Source: Eledone cirrhosa
Lineage: Eukaryota
Direction: 5' to 3'
Assembly: GCA_964016885.1 (NCBI GenBank)
Contig: OZ024747.1
Coordinates: 55,862,001 to 55,926,000 of the forward strand
DNA: 64,000 nucleotides
Shown: positions 1 to 14,870 of the stretch, one piece after another
Numbering within the stretch: position 1 is the stretch's first letter
How the letters are laid out: the number at the start of each line of letters is the position of its first letter
Made by a program: the position numbers and the translations under genes
Notes under the pieces: model-generated
Databases searched by the model: none
What the model was told of the DNA's origin: nothing
Seen by the model: only the letters and a program-made list of their open reading frames with translations

Positions 1-132
1 TATATAAATGTATATACATATACAAACACATATATAATTCATTTCCATACACATTTTATTTTATATATATAGATATATATATATTCCAGTGTTCTACCAC
101 TATATATATATATATATATAACAAATAGGACT

Positions 133-227
<95 letters not shown>

Positions 228-529
228 AGTTTGCTGGTGTTTTAATATTTTTCTTATGTATGATATGTATGTAATGTTTTCTATCATTTTTACATTTCTT
301 CTACCCCCCCCCCTCCGCACACACGCATACACACACACACACACATACACATACACACATACACCTATTCCACAAGGTGGGCGGAGAATTGGTGATTCCA
401 GAGTGAATAGCAGGGCTGCAAACATTTCTTTTGTTGTTTTACATTAGGTTCCAAGCGAAAGGTATTCCGTTGATAAGAAAATGCATTACGCATTCACTTT
501 GAACATTGATTTCCTTATTATCATTATTA

Positions 530-1480
530 TTATGATGTGGTGTTGTTGTTGCTGTTGTTGGTGCTGGTAGTAGTGTGGTGGTAGTGTTGTGACTTTGTTT
601 GTGGTGGTGGTGTTGCTGTTGTTGGTGCTGGTAGTAGTGTGGTAGTGGTAGTGTTGTCTTTGTTTGTGGTGGTGGTGTTGCTGTTGTTGGTGCTGGTAGT
701 AGTGTGGTGGTGGTAGTGTTGTCTTTGTTTGTGGTGGTGTTGTTGCTGTTAGTAGTGTGGTGGTGGTAGTGTTGTGACTTTGTTTGTGTTGGTGTTGTTG
801 TTGTTAGTGATGGTAGAAGTGGTAGTGTTGTGACTTGGTGTTGTTGTTGTTAGTGATGGTAGAAGTGGTAGTGTTGTGACTTTGTTGGTGTTGGTGTTGT
901 TGTTGTTGTTGGTGATGGTAGAAGTGGTAATGTTGTGACTTTGTGTTGGTGTTGGTGTTGTTGTTGTTGTTGGTGATGGTAGAAGTGGTAATGTTGTGAC
1001 TTTGTGTTGGTGTTGGTGTTGTTGTTGTTAGTGATGGTAGAAGTGGTAGTGTTGTGACTTGGTGCTGTTGTTGTTAGTGATGGTAGAAGAGGTAGTGTTG
1101 TGACTTTGTGTTGGTGCTGTTGTTGTTAGTGATGGTAGAAGTGGTAGTGTTGTGACTTTGTTTGTGTTGGTGTTGTTGTTGTTAGTGATGGTAGAAGTGG
1201 TAGTGTTGTGACTTGGTGTTGTTGTTGTTGTTGTTGGTGATGGTAGAAGTGGTAGTGTTGTGACTTTGTTGTTGTTAGTGATGGTAGAAGTGGTAGTGTT
1301 GTGACTTTGTTTGTGTTGGTGTTGTTGTTGTTAGTGATGGTAGAAGTGGTAGTGTTGTGACTTTGTGTTGGTGTTGGTGTTGGTGTTGTTGTTGTTGTTG
1401 GTGATGGTAGAAGTGGTAGTGTTGTGACTTTGTTGGTGTTGGTGTTGTTGTTGGTGATGGTAGTAGTGTGGTAATGGTAG
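530..1480. repeat. degenerate (GTT/GGT)-derived minisatellite
   Basis: Recurring core gtgatggtagaagtggtagtgttgtgactt separated by variable (gtt)n. Confidence 0.85.
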
Positions 1481-2473
1481 TGTTGTCTTTGTTTCTGGTG
1501 GTGGTGTTGATGAAGTGATGATGATGTTGTTGGTGTTGTTGTTGTTGAATGGATGATGATGTTGTTGGTGGTAGTAGTGTTGTATTTTTGTTTGTGGTGG
1601 TCTTGTTGTTGGTAGTTGTAGTGTTGTGTTTTTGTTGGTGTTGTTGTTGTTATGGTGTTGTTGTAGTTGGTTGTCGTGTTGTTGTGGTTGTTGTTGGTGG
1701 TGGTAGTGTTGTATTTTTGTTTGTGGTGGTCTTGTTGTTGGGATGATGATGTTGGTAGTGGTAGTGTTGTGTTTTTGTTGGTGTTGTTGTTGTGTTGTTG
1801 TTGGTTGTGGTGGTAGTGTTGTATTTTTGTTTGTGGTGGTCTTGATGTTGGTGTCAGGGTGATGCTGTTGTTGTTGTTGGTGTTGGTGGTGGTATTGTTG
1901 GTGTTGCTAGAGATGGTGTTTTAGTGTATTGGTGGTGGTGGTGGTGGTGGTATTGTTGTTGGGGTGATATTGTTGGTGGTGATGATGTTGGTGCTGGTGT
2001 TGATGCAGATGTTTGTATATGTGGTGGTGCTGGTGTTGTAGTGTTGTCATTGGTGCTGGTGTTATTTTTGGTAGTGTCAAGTTTGGTGGTTTGTTCGTAG
2101 TAGCGGTCTCGCAGTAGTGTTTATATTGGTGGTATTGTTGTTGTTGTGGTGATGGTGATGGTTGTTTATGATGATGTTGGTGATGACTGTTGTAGTTCAG
2201 GATGTAGTTGTTATAGTAACGTTGTTGTTAGTATTATTGTTGTTGGGTCTATTTGATGATTATGTTGCAGTTGCTGTTGTTGATGTTGTTCTGGTAGAAT
2301 TCATCACTGTTATAATTGCCCCCACAACCACCATCATCACCATTATCATTACCATCAACAGCAACACTAGTATTAGTATTGTTTTTGTTGTTGTTGTAAG
2401 TTTGGCCCCTCTGCATGTATGTGATAATGTCCATGTATATGTGTGATAATGGCTCTTTGTGTGTAAGTCTGTT

Positions 2474-4640
2474 AATGTTTGTTTTTACTGTTGTTGATGG
2501 TGCTGTTGTTATTGTTGTTTTTACTGTTGTTGATGGTGCTGCTGTTATTGTTGTTTTTACTGCTGTTGATGATGATGTTGTTATTGTTGTTTTTACTGTT
2601 GTTGATGGTGTTGTTGTTATTGTTGTTTTTACTGCTGTTGATGGTGTTGTTGTTATTGTTGTTTTTAATGTTGTTGATGGTGTTGTTGTTATTGTTGTTT
2701 TTACTGTTGTTGATGGTGTTGTTGTTATTGTTGTTTTTACTGCTGTTGTCACTTTAGTTATTGTTGTTGCTGTTGTCACTTTAGTTATTGTTGTTTTTAC
2801 TGTTGTTGATGATGATGTTGTTATTGTTGTTTTTACTGTTGTTGATGATGATGTTGTTATTGTTGTTTTTACTGTTGTTGATGATGCTGTTGTTATTGTT
2901 GTTTTTACTGTTGTTGATGATGATGTTGTTATTGTTGTTTTTACTGTTGTTGATGATGATGTTGTTATTGTTGTTTTTACTGTTGTTGATGATGATGTTG
3001 TTATTGTTGTTTTTACTGCTGTTGATGGTGTTGTTGTTATTGTTGTTTTTACTGTTGTTGATGATGATGTTGTTATTGTTGTTTTTACTGTTGTTGATGG
3101 TGTTGTTGTTATTGTTGTTTTTACTCTTGTTGATGGTGTTGTTGTTATTGTTGTTTTTACTGTTGTTGATGATGATGTTGTTATTGTTGTTTTTACTGCT
3201 GTTGATGATGCTGTTGTTATTGTTTTTACTGTTGTTGATGATGATGTTGTTATTGTTGTTTTTACTGTTGTTGATGTTGTTGTTATTGTTGTTTTTACTG
3301 TTGTTGATGATGATGTTGTTATTGTTGTTTTTACTGTTGTTGATGATGATGTTGTTATTGTTGTTTTTACTGTTGTTGACGATGTTGTTGTTATTGTTGT
3401 TTTTACTGTTGTTGATGATGTTGTTGTTATTGTTGTTTTTACTGTTGTTGATGATGATGTTGTTATTGTTGTTTTTACTGTTGTTGATGATGATGTTGTT
3501 ATTGTTGTTTTTACTGCTGTTGATGTTGTTGTTGTTGTTGTTTTTACTGTTGTTGATGATGTTGTTGTTATTGTTGTTTTTACTGTTGTTGATGATGATG
3601 TTGTTATTGTTGTTTTTACTGTTGTTGATGATGATGTTGTTATTGTTGTTTTTACTGTTGTTGACGATGTTGTTGTTATTGTTGTTTTTACTGTTGTTGA
3701 TGGTGTTGTTGTTATTGTTGTTTTTACTCTTGTTGATGGTGTTGTTGTTATTGTTGTTTTTACTGTTGTTGATGATGATGTTGTTATTGTTGTTTTTACT
3801 GCTGTTGATGATGCTGTTGTTATTGTTTTTACTGTTGTTGATGATGATGTTGTTATTGTTGTTTTTACTGTTGTTGATGTTGTTGTTATTGTTGTTTTTA
3901 CTGTTGTTGATGATGATGTTGTTATTGTTGTTTTTACTGTTGTTGATGATGATGTTGTTATTGTTGTTTTTACTGTTGTTGACGATGTTGTTGTTATTGT
4001 TGTTTTTACTGTTGTTGATGATGTTGTTGTTATTGTTGTTTTTACTGTTGTTGATGATGATGTTGTTATTGTTGTTTTTACTGTTGTTGATGATGATGTT
4101 GTTATTGTTGTTTTTACTGCTGTTGATGTTGTTGTTGTTGTTGTTTTTACTGTTGTTGATGATGTTGTTGTTATTGTTGTTTTTACTGTTGTTGATGATG
4201 ATGTTGTTATTGTTGTTTTTACTGTTGTTGATGATGATGTTGTTATTGTTGTTTTTACTGTTGTTGACGATGTTGTTGTTATTGTTGTTTTTACTGTTGT
4301 TGATGATGTTGTTGTTATTGTTGTTTTTACTGTTGTTGATGATGATGTTGTTATTGTTGTTTTTACTGTTGTTGATGATGTTGTTGTTATTGTTGTTTTT
4401 ACTGTTGTTGATGATGTTGTTGTTATTGTTGTTTTGACTGTTGTTGATGATGATGTTGTTATTGTTGTTTTTACTGTTGTTGATGATGTTGTTATTGTTG
4501 TTTTTACTGTTGTTGTTGTTATTGTTGTTTTTACTGCTGTTTATGATGTTGTTATTGTTGTTTTTACTGTTGTTGATGATGTTGTTATTGTTGTTTTTAC
4601 TATTGTTGATGATGTTGTTGTTATTGTTGTTTTTACTGCT
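2474..4640. repeat. 36-bp minisatellite (gtttttactgttgttgatgatgatgttgttattgtt) with a 603-bp higher-order duplication
   Basis: Tandem 33-36 bp units; diagnostic variant tactct recurs at 3122 and 3725. Confidence 0.95.
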
Positions 4641-4919
4641 ATTATTTGTATTATTGTTTTGTTGATATTGTTGTCATTGTAGTTTATTTTAGTGCTTGCA
4701 ATGAAGTTGCATATTGTCATCATAATCATCATCATCATAGTTGTCATCATCACTTAAACCATCATCATCACCGTCATTGTTTATCACTCTTCATCATCAT
4801 CTTCATCATCATCAATATTTATATTTTCATTGTCATAACTTCCATCACCAGTATAAATGTCTTCATTGTAATCATCATATCTTCATTTTCAACATTGCCA
4901 CAATCACCACCATTGTTAT

Positions 4920-5290
4920 ATTCTCCCTTGTCATCACCATCATCATCAACATGATCATGATCATCTTCCTTGTCATCACCATCATCACCATGATCATCTC
5001 CCTTGTCATCACCATCATCATCAACATGATCATGATCATCTCCCTTGTCATCACCATCATCACCATGATCATCTCCCTTGTCATCACCATCATCATCAAC
5101 ATGATCATGATCATCTCCCTTGTCATCACCATCATCACCATGATCATCTCCCTTGTCATCACCATCATCACCAACATGATCATGATCATCCCCCTTGTCA
5201 TCACATCATCACCATGATCATCTCCCTTGTCATCACCATCATCACCAACATGATCATGATCATCCCCCTTGTCATCACATCATCACCAAC
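4920..5290. repeat. (CAT)-derived minisatellite with alternating units
   Basis: Recurring ctcccttgtcatcaccatcatc units. Confidence 0.85.
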
Positions 5291-5539
5291 ATAATCAGGA
5301 TTTTAACCATTATCATCATCACTGTCATCACTGTCATCATCATCATCTTCATTGTCATCATCATCATCATCATCTTCTTCTTTGTGATCATTTTCATTGA
5401 CATCATCACTATCGTCATCATCGACAACATCACAATCATCATCATTGTCATCACTATCATCATCATTGTCATCACCATCATCAACATCTTCATCCTCTTC
5501 ATTGTCGTCACCATCATTGTCGACAAACCCGTTATCGAC

Positions 5540-7190
5540 ATCACTATCATCACCATTGATAACAACATCAGTCATCACCATCGACAACATCACTGTCATC
5601 ACCATTGACAACATCCCTGTCATCACCATCGACAACACCACTGTCATCACCATTGACAACAAAACTATCATCACCATCGACAACACCACTCTCATCACCA
5701 TTGACAACAACACTATCATCACCATCGACAACATCACTGTCATCACCATTGACAACAACACTATCATCACCATCGACAACACTACTGTCATCACCATTGA
5801 CAACACCAATATCATCACCATTGACAACAACACTATCATCACCATCGACAACATCACTGTCATCACCATTGACAACAACACTATCATCACCATCGACAAC
5901 ATCACTGTCATCACCATCGACAACATCACTGTCATCACCATTGACAACACCAATATCATCACCATTGACAACAACACTATCATCACCATCGACAACATCA
6001 CTGTCATCACCATTGACAACATCACTGTCATCACCATTGACAACATCCCTGTCATCACCATCGACAACATCACTGTCATCACCATTGACAACAAAACTAT
6101 CATCACCATCGACAACATCACTGTCATCACCATTGACAACACCAATATCATCACCATTGACAACAACACTATCATTACCATCGACAACATCACTGTCATC
6201 ACCATTGACAACAACACTATCATCACCACTGACAACAACACTATCATCACCATCGACAACACCACTGTCATCACCATTGACAACATCACTGTCATCACCA
6301 TTGACAACAACACTATCATCACCATTGACAACATCACTGTCATCACCATTGACAACAACACTGTCATCACCATTGACAACAACACTGTCATCACCATCGA
6401 CAACACCAATATCATCACCATCGACAACACCACTGTCATCACCATTGACAACATCACTGTCATCACCATCGACAACATCACTATCATCACCATCGACAAC
6501 ATCACTATCATCACCATCGACAACATCACTATCATCACCATCGACAACAACACTATCATCACCATTGACAACATCACTGTCATCACCATTGACAACAACA
6601 CTGTCATCACCATTGACAACAACACTGTCATCACCATCGACAACACCAATATCATCACCATCGACAACACCACTGTCATCACCATTGACAACATCACTGT
6701 CATCACCATCGACAACATCACTATCATCACCATCGACAACATCACTATCATCACCATCGACAACATCACTATCATCACCATCGACAACAACACTATCATC
6801 ACCATCGACAACATCACTGTCATCACCATTGACAACACACCACTGTCATCACCATTGACAACATCACTGTCATCACCATTGACAACACCACTGTCATCAC
6901 CATTGACAACATCACTGTCATCACCATTGACAACACCACTGTCATCACCATCGACAACAACACTGTCATCACCATTGACAACAACACTGTCATCACCATT
7001 GACAACAACACTGTCATCACCATTGACAACACCAATATCATCACCATCGACAACATCACTGTCATCACCATTGACAACACCACTGTCATCACCATTGACA
7101 ACATCACTGTCATCACCATTGACAACAACACTATCATCACCATTGACAACAACACTATCATCACCATTGACAACATCACTGTCATCATCA
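5540..7190. repeat. 24-bp minisatellite (atcaccattgacaacatcactgtc) with a 240-bp higher-order repeat
   Basis: Tandem 24-mers; lines 6361/6601, 6421/6661 and 6481/6721 are identical. Confidence 0.95.
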
Positions 7191-7321
7191 CAGAAGAAAC
7201 ATCATTTATTGTTTTCCCCCTCATCCACTTCCTGTCTATGATGTCACTTCCTATATCATATATCATATTTTTCACTATAACTTTTTCTTCTCCTTATCCT
7301 CACAATTACCTTTGTTGTAGA

Positions 7322-7656
7322 CATCATCATCACAATCATTATCATCACCATCATCACAATCATTATCATCATCATCATCACAATCATTATCATCATCATC
7401 ACCATCATCATCACTACCATCATTATCACCATCATGGTCATCGCCATCATCATCACAATCATTATCACCATCATCATCATCATCATCACCATCACTATCG
7501 CCATCATCATCATCAAAATCACTATCATCATCATCACTATCATCATCATCATCATCATCATCACCATCACCATCATTGTTGTCTTCATAGTTGAAGTCGT
7601 TGCTATGATGACTGTTGTTGTCATTATTATTATTTTATGTATATGTATAGGTGAGT

Positions 7657-7712
<56 letters not shown>
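7322..7712. repeat. (CAT)n and (CA)n microsatellites
   Basis: Direct reading. Confidence 0.9.
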
Positions 7713-7728
<16 letters not shown>

Positions 7729-7730
7729 GT

Positions 7731-8068
7731 GGAGGCACATGGCTTAGTGGTTAGAGCATTGGCCTTGCAATCGAAAGGTTGTGAGTTCAATTATCAGACC
7801 GGGTGATGTGTTGTTTCCTTGAGCAAGACACTTTATTTCACATTGCTCCAGTTTACTCAGTTGTAGAAATGAGATGATAGGACTCGGGTCCCTATCATTC
7901 CACTGCAAAGTGGTCGTGCAGGTGCCACGGCAAAAAAGCACCCAGCACTCACTGTAAATGAGGTTGGTGTTAGGAAGGGCATCCAGCTGTAGAAATCAAA
8001 CCAGAATCAGTTCTCGTCCCACCCTTGCAAGCAGGGAAAAGTGGACGTATGATGATGATGATGATGAT
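7731..8068 (+). mobile_element. tRNA-derived SINE (family A) with CORE-like centre and RTE-derived tail
   Basis: A-box tggcttagtgg, B-box-like gagttcaatt, central ccttgagcaagacacttta, tail matching the RTE 3' UTR, ends in (GAT)n; near-identical copies at 11843 and 12615. Confidence 0.9.
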
Positions 8069-8072
8069 ATAT

Positions 8073-8103
<31 letters not shown>

Positions 8104-8407
8104 AACATATATATATGTTTGTGAGTTTGTGTGTTTGTGTGTGTATGTATATAAAAAGCAAAGTTCTACACAGAAAAAACACTTCACTTGATACATGTCT
8201 GTATGTGTATGTATGTATGTATGTATTTATCTATCTATCTATATGTGTATATATGTATGTATGTATGTAACTATCTATCTATCTGTATGTGTATGTATGT
8301 ATGTATCTATCTATGTGTATGTGTGTGTAATTTTTAATTTGGGCAACTAATCTTTTTTTTTATTCTATATTGGATGTTGTTGTTGCTGTCTTCTCCATAT
8401 ACCTCCC

Positions 8408-8408
8408 A

Positions 8409-8454
<46 letters not shown>

Positions 8455-8579
8455 CTCTCTCTTTCTCTCTCTATTTATTTATTTCTCTCTCACTCTCTCT
8501 TCAGAATTCTTTTATTCTATATTGGATGTTGTTGTTGCTGTCTTCTCTATATACTCTATACACCTCCCACGGTCCCTGG

Positions 8580-8651
<72 letters not shown>

Positions 8652-8757
8652 TTCACTCTCACTTTTCCTCTCCCTCTCACTTTTTCTCTCTTTCTCTCTC
8701 TCTTTCTCTCTCTCTTTCTCTCATTATCTTTCTTTCTTTCTCTCTCACTCTCTCTTC
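8408..8757. repeat. (CT)n tracts within a local tandem duplication
   Basis: ttctatattggatgttgttgttgctgtcttctc and ctcttcagaattcttt each occur twice. Confidence 0.8.
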
Positions 8758-9022
8758 AGAATTCTTTCAACTTTAAACATGAATAACAGCTTTGTTGATG
8801 ATAGCATTTAATGTGTAGAATTGGTAATAGTGGAATGGTAACATGGCACAATAACGAGGAATTATGTGGAGTGGAAAGAGGGGGAGATAGAGAGAGAGGG
8901 AGAGAGAGAGAGAAAGAGAAAGAGAGAGAGAGAGAGAGAGAATCTACTACTGGTCAGTAAATAATATTTCTGACAGATGGAACAGCCTCAAACATTGTTT
9001 ATGATTCAAACAGGAGGCAATA

Positions 9023-10468
<1,446 letters not shown>

Positions 10469-11222
10469 TAATAGAGAGAGATAGTGTTTCTGTATATTTG
10501 TGTGTGTTTTTGTGTATGTGTCAATGTTCTTATGTACAGAACCAAATATTAATGTAAATACAGAAATAGAGAAAAAAAACATTAGTTTATTGAGATATTT
10601 TTACACAATCAGCATTATTTAATGTGGAATGTAGCTATGTTGTTTGTGTGTGATGTGGAACTGGATTATTGCAGAACAAAAAATATCTTTTCTTATTAAA
10701 TGCTCCAAAATAGGGTTTGGAACATACCAAAAATAACAGAATGGTTAAGTTATTTATTGATTGGTCAGTCAGCCCATTGTAGGATGGCTTTAATATCACA
10801 TGGAAATTCTTTGGGGTTGTTATTTTGTTTGTCTTTTTTTTTTGTTAGTTTAATTTCTTAGAACTTGGCCAAGCTGTGGCACCATATTCTCAGTATGGTT
10901 AACTATATTGAACACAGTATTTATTTTATTCCTTACAGAAGGTTGCTTGAAATGCAATGAATGCTTGAGTCATAAATGTAAAGATTTAAATCTATGTTAC
11001 TAAGTAATTCATTCACCCCCCTATATATATATATATATATTGAGTATATGTTGGTTGTTTACCGATACCTCAGTATGCAGATTGGAACACTCGATGTAGT
11101 ACGCAGTTTTGTTTGTTTTACTCTGGAGTAATGTAAAATAGTTAAGTCAAATATGTAAAATTTGTCTTTGTTTATTATAAATTATCTCTCTCTCTCTATA
11201 TATATATATATATACATACATA

Positions 11223-11800
11223 TGTAAAGTGGTCATGACAGTGACACATCAAAAAGCACTCAATCCACACTGTAAAGTGGCCATGTCGGTGACACGACAG
11301 AAATTGCTCAGCCCACAATGTAAAGTGGTCATGTAGGTGTCACAACAAAGAGCACCCACACCACACTGTAAAGTGTTCATCTAGGTAACATGACAAGAAG
11401 TGCCCAGTCCACACTGTAAAGTGATCATATAGGTTACCCGACAAAAAGCATCCAGCCCACACAGTAAAGTGGTCATGTAGGTGTCAAAACAAAAAGCACC
11501 CACACCACACTGTGAAGTTATCATCTAGGTGACACGACAAGAAGTGCCCAGTCCACACTGTAAAGTTGTCATGTAGGTGACATATCAAAAAGCACTCAGT
11601 CCATACTGTAAATTGGTTGAGTAGGTGACAAAATGTGCCCAGTCCAAACTGTAAGGTAGTCGTGTAGATGTCATGACAAGAAGTGTCCAGCTCACACTGT
11701 AAGGTGGATGTATAGGTGGCACAACATAGAGCACTCAGTACTCACTGTCAATATGGTTGACATTAGGAAGGGCATGCAACCATAGAAAGCAAACCAAAAT
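11223..11800 (+). repeat. array of about 11 diverged 48-bp units related to the RTE/SINE 3' tail
   Basis: Units like cactgtaaagtggtcatgtaggtgacacgacaaaagcacccagtcca; array ends in taggaagggcat...agaaa as the SINE/RTE tail does. Confidence 0.85.
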
Positions 11801-11842
11801 CATTTCTATATGTGTGTATATATATATATATAAATATATATA

Positions 11843-12156
11843 TCATCATCCTCAAAATCATCATCATTTTACGTCCGCTTTTTCCTGCTTGTGAGGGTGG
11901 GATGGGAACTGATTCTGGCTTGATTTCTACAGCTGGATGCCCTTCCTAACACCAACCTCGTTTTCAGTGAGTGCTGGCTGCTTTTTTGCCATGGCAACTC
12001 CAATCCCTATCATCTCATTTCTACAGCTGAGTAAACTGGAGCAATGTGAAATAAAGTGTCTTGCTCAAGGAAACAACACATTACCCGGTCTGAGAATTGA
12101 ACTCACAACCTTTCGATTGCAAGGCCAATGCTCTAACCACTAAGCCATGTGCCTCC
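11843..12156 (-). mobile_element. SINE family A, internally deleted copy
   Basis: Reverse complement of 7731-8068 lacking part of the 48-bp unit. Confidence 0.9.
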
Positions 12157-12339
12157 ATATATATATACATACATATATAAATATGTATATAGCTCAAGAA
12201 CACCACACACAACCTAGTCCAATAATTGAACCCACAACATTATGATCATAAGTCCACACTTTCCACTAGGCTACGCCCCTCCACATATACAAACGTTAAT
12301 ATGTTAAAAGCACCATAAGAATAAAGGGAAATCGCTCTA

Positions 12340-12532
12340 AATATAAATTCAGCGAGAATCGCATTTCGGTAGGTAGAAAAAGCAAAATGTAACGCAAATT
12401 CCGAGTCATGCTGGCAAGCGCTCCATAGTCTAAAAGACTAGAGCAATAAACATAGGTTATAAAGGCCATAGAAACTGAGAAGGATGTCAAGATGCTATAG
12501 ACCACCTAAGCCAAAAAACAAGTCAAGCTAAA
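12340..12532. repeat. unclassified interspersed repeat (second copy at 17487-17676)
   Basis: Shared taaattcagYgagaatc...atgctggcaagcgctccat...agagcaataaacata...accacctaagccaaaaaa. Confidence 0.8.
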
Positions 12533-12614
12533 CAGTATGGAAATAATTGAAGGCACCCATTTACATGCGTTGTATTGAAGTGAATAACTATGTCTACTCT
12601 GGGAGTTTATTTAA

Positions 12615-13013
12615 CATCATCATCATCATCATCATTTCATTTTACGTCCGCTTTTCCCTGCTTGCAAGGGTGGGACGGGAACTGATTCTGGCTTGATTTC
12701 TACAGCTGGATGCCCTTCCTAACACCAACCTCATTTACAGTGAGTGCTAGGTTGTTGTTTTTTTCCGAGGCGCCTACACGTCCACTTTACAGTGTGGGCT
12801 GGGTGCTTTTTTGCCGTAGCACCTCCACGACCACTTTGCAGTGAAATGATAGGGACCCCAGTCCTATCATCTTATTTCTACAGCTGAGTGAACTGGAGCA
12901 ATGTGAAATAAAGTGTCTTGCTCAAGGAAACAACACATCACCCGGTCTGAGAATTAAACTCACAACCCTTCGATTGCAAAGCCAATGCTCTAACCACTAA
13001 GCCATGTGCCTCC
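12615..13013 (-). mobile_element. SINE family A copy with two 48-bp units
   Basis: Reverse complement of 7731-8068 with one extra tail unit. Confidence 0.9.
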
Positions 13014-13085
13014 ATAACATTACCTGTTGAATACACTGAGAGACAACCGGTCCTAGCAGCGAAACCCATGCTAGTTCCGTCAACT

Positions 13086-13116
<31 letters not shown>

Positions 13117-13198
13117 CTTGTATATGTATGTGTATATATATGTATACGTACGTGTATATATATATGTATATATATGTGTATATATATATATGTATATC

Positions 13199-13248
<50 letters not shown>

Positions 13249-13439
13249 GAAGACATAAAAACGATAAAAACGATGATGACGATATATACATACATGTCTG
13301 GGATATAACAACAAAGTATAAAATATGGAGTATTACATATGTATATATCGATCGACTTTCGTCAAATCAGACTGTCGAAACAATGTTTCCGTTGGTCTTT
13401 CCAATTGCTAATACTATCCATCGGTCGCAACTCCAGGTA

Positions 13440-13556
13440 GAAGGAGCAACGTGAAATAAAGTGTCTTGTTCAATGACATAACGCATCGCCCAGTCCAGGA
13501 ATCGAACTCACAACCTCAAGATTGCGAATCCAATTCTCTAACCACACGCCTTCACA
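13440..13556 (-). mobile_element. diverged tRNA-SINE head and centre
   Basis: gtgaaataaagtgtcttg...atcgaactcacaacc...ctctaaccac resembles family A. Confidence 0.65.
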
Positions 13557-13758
13557 AATCCTTCGAAGTATTACATATATACATACATATTTCTACTAAT
13601 GTATTTACTAAATACACGTAGACATTTAAAGGAAGGATGGAGCAAAGTGCATGAACTTTCCAAATCCAAGTCAAAGAACTAACAAATAAAAAGAACTAAA
13701 AACACAGCTTAACCATTTTCATTTATTCTTTCCTACCACACCTTTCTCTGTATCTATT

Positions 13759-13759
<1 letters not shown>

Positions 13760-13826
<67 letters not shown>

Positions 13827-13938
13827 TCTCTCTTGCAATCCTTCTCTCTCCCTCACAATATCTCTCTCCCTCTCTCTCTCTCTCATAATTGTCAATCTCT
13901 CTCTCGTAATGTAAATATCTCTCTCTCCCTCGCAATCT

Positions 13939-13974
<36 letters not shown>

Positions 13975-14125
13975 TGCAATCCTTCTCTCTCCCTCACAAT
14001 ATCTCTCTCTCTCTCTCATATTTGTCAATCTCTCTCTCGTAATGTAAATATCTCCCTCTCCATCTCTCTCCCTCTCCATCTCTCTCTCTCCCTCTCCATA
14101 TCTCTCTCTCTCTCTCTCTCTCTTT
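13760..14125. repeat. (CT)n with internal duplication
   Basis: Direct reading. Confidence 0.85.
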
Positions 14126-14702
14126 CTATATTTCATCTTTTAATGTCAGCAAGATTAATTTCTGGAGATTTTGTTAAAGAAATAGGTTTCTGCTTGCCTA
14201 TACAGTTCATCTGATTTTAATCTAAAGTGCTTTTATCCTCATTTACTTCATATTATTGCTGTTTATGTTGTTGATTTTCTCATAGACTTTTCTCCCCTTC
14301 TTCATTACTTAATCACATGTTTTGCCTTCACTCATATCACACACCATACTATACCTCCTCTCACTCTCACAATATAGTTTTTATTTAATTATGTTTTTTT
14401 TTTATCATTTGTTCATTTTATTATTGTTTTGTTTACTTTATAACCCCCCTCCTCGACCTACTTCAAATTATTTTATTTTGTTTGATACATGTAAATCACA
14501 CTTAACAAGATATATGCATTATACTTACGTTTTCTATCTATCTGGCTATCTATCTACCTATGTAAACATGTATGTATGTGTATATATGTGTGTGTGTGTA
14601 AATATGCACATACATATGTGTATTAATCATATTACTATATACAATTATAACCATTTTTTTTAATATAATCCTCTAATATTTTATATGTATAAAACCTCTT
14701 TC

Positions 14703-14742
<40 letters not shown>

Positions 14743-14836
14743 TATAAATATAAATATGTATATACATTATAAATATATATATATATATATATATGTATAT
14801 ACATTATAAATATATATATATATATATATATATAAC

Positions 14837-14870
<34 letters not shown>

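Noticed and set aside
365-415. Possible 51-nt minus-strand host exon (tgcag...gtgtgt)
   Set aside because: No polypyrimidine tract and no recognisable peptide; cannot be supported without transcripts
7731-7802. tRNA gene
   Set aside because: Acceptor and anticodon stems do not pair properly; it continues into a SINE body and has several copies
11223-11800. CRISPR-like periodic array
   Set aside because: Whole units are homologous with no unique spacers, there are no cas genes, and the context is a eukaryotic retroelement tail
13026-13084. Hammerhead-like ctgagaga...gaaac
   Set aside because: Core is not CUGANGA and stem II does not pair
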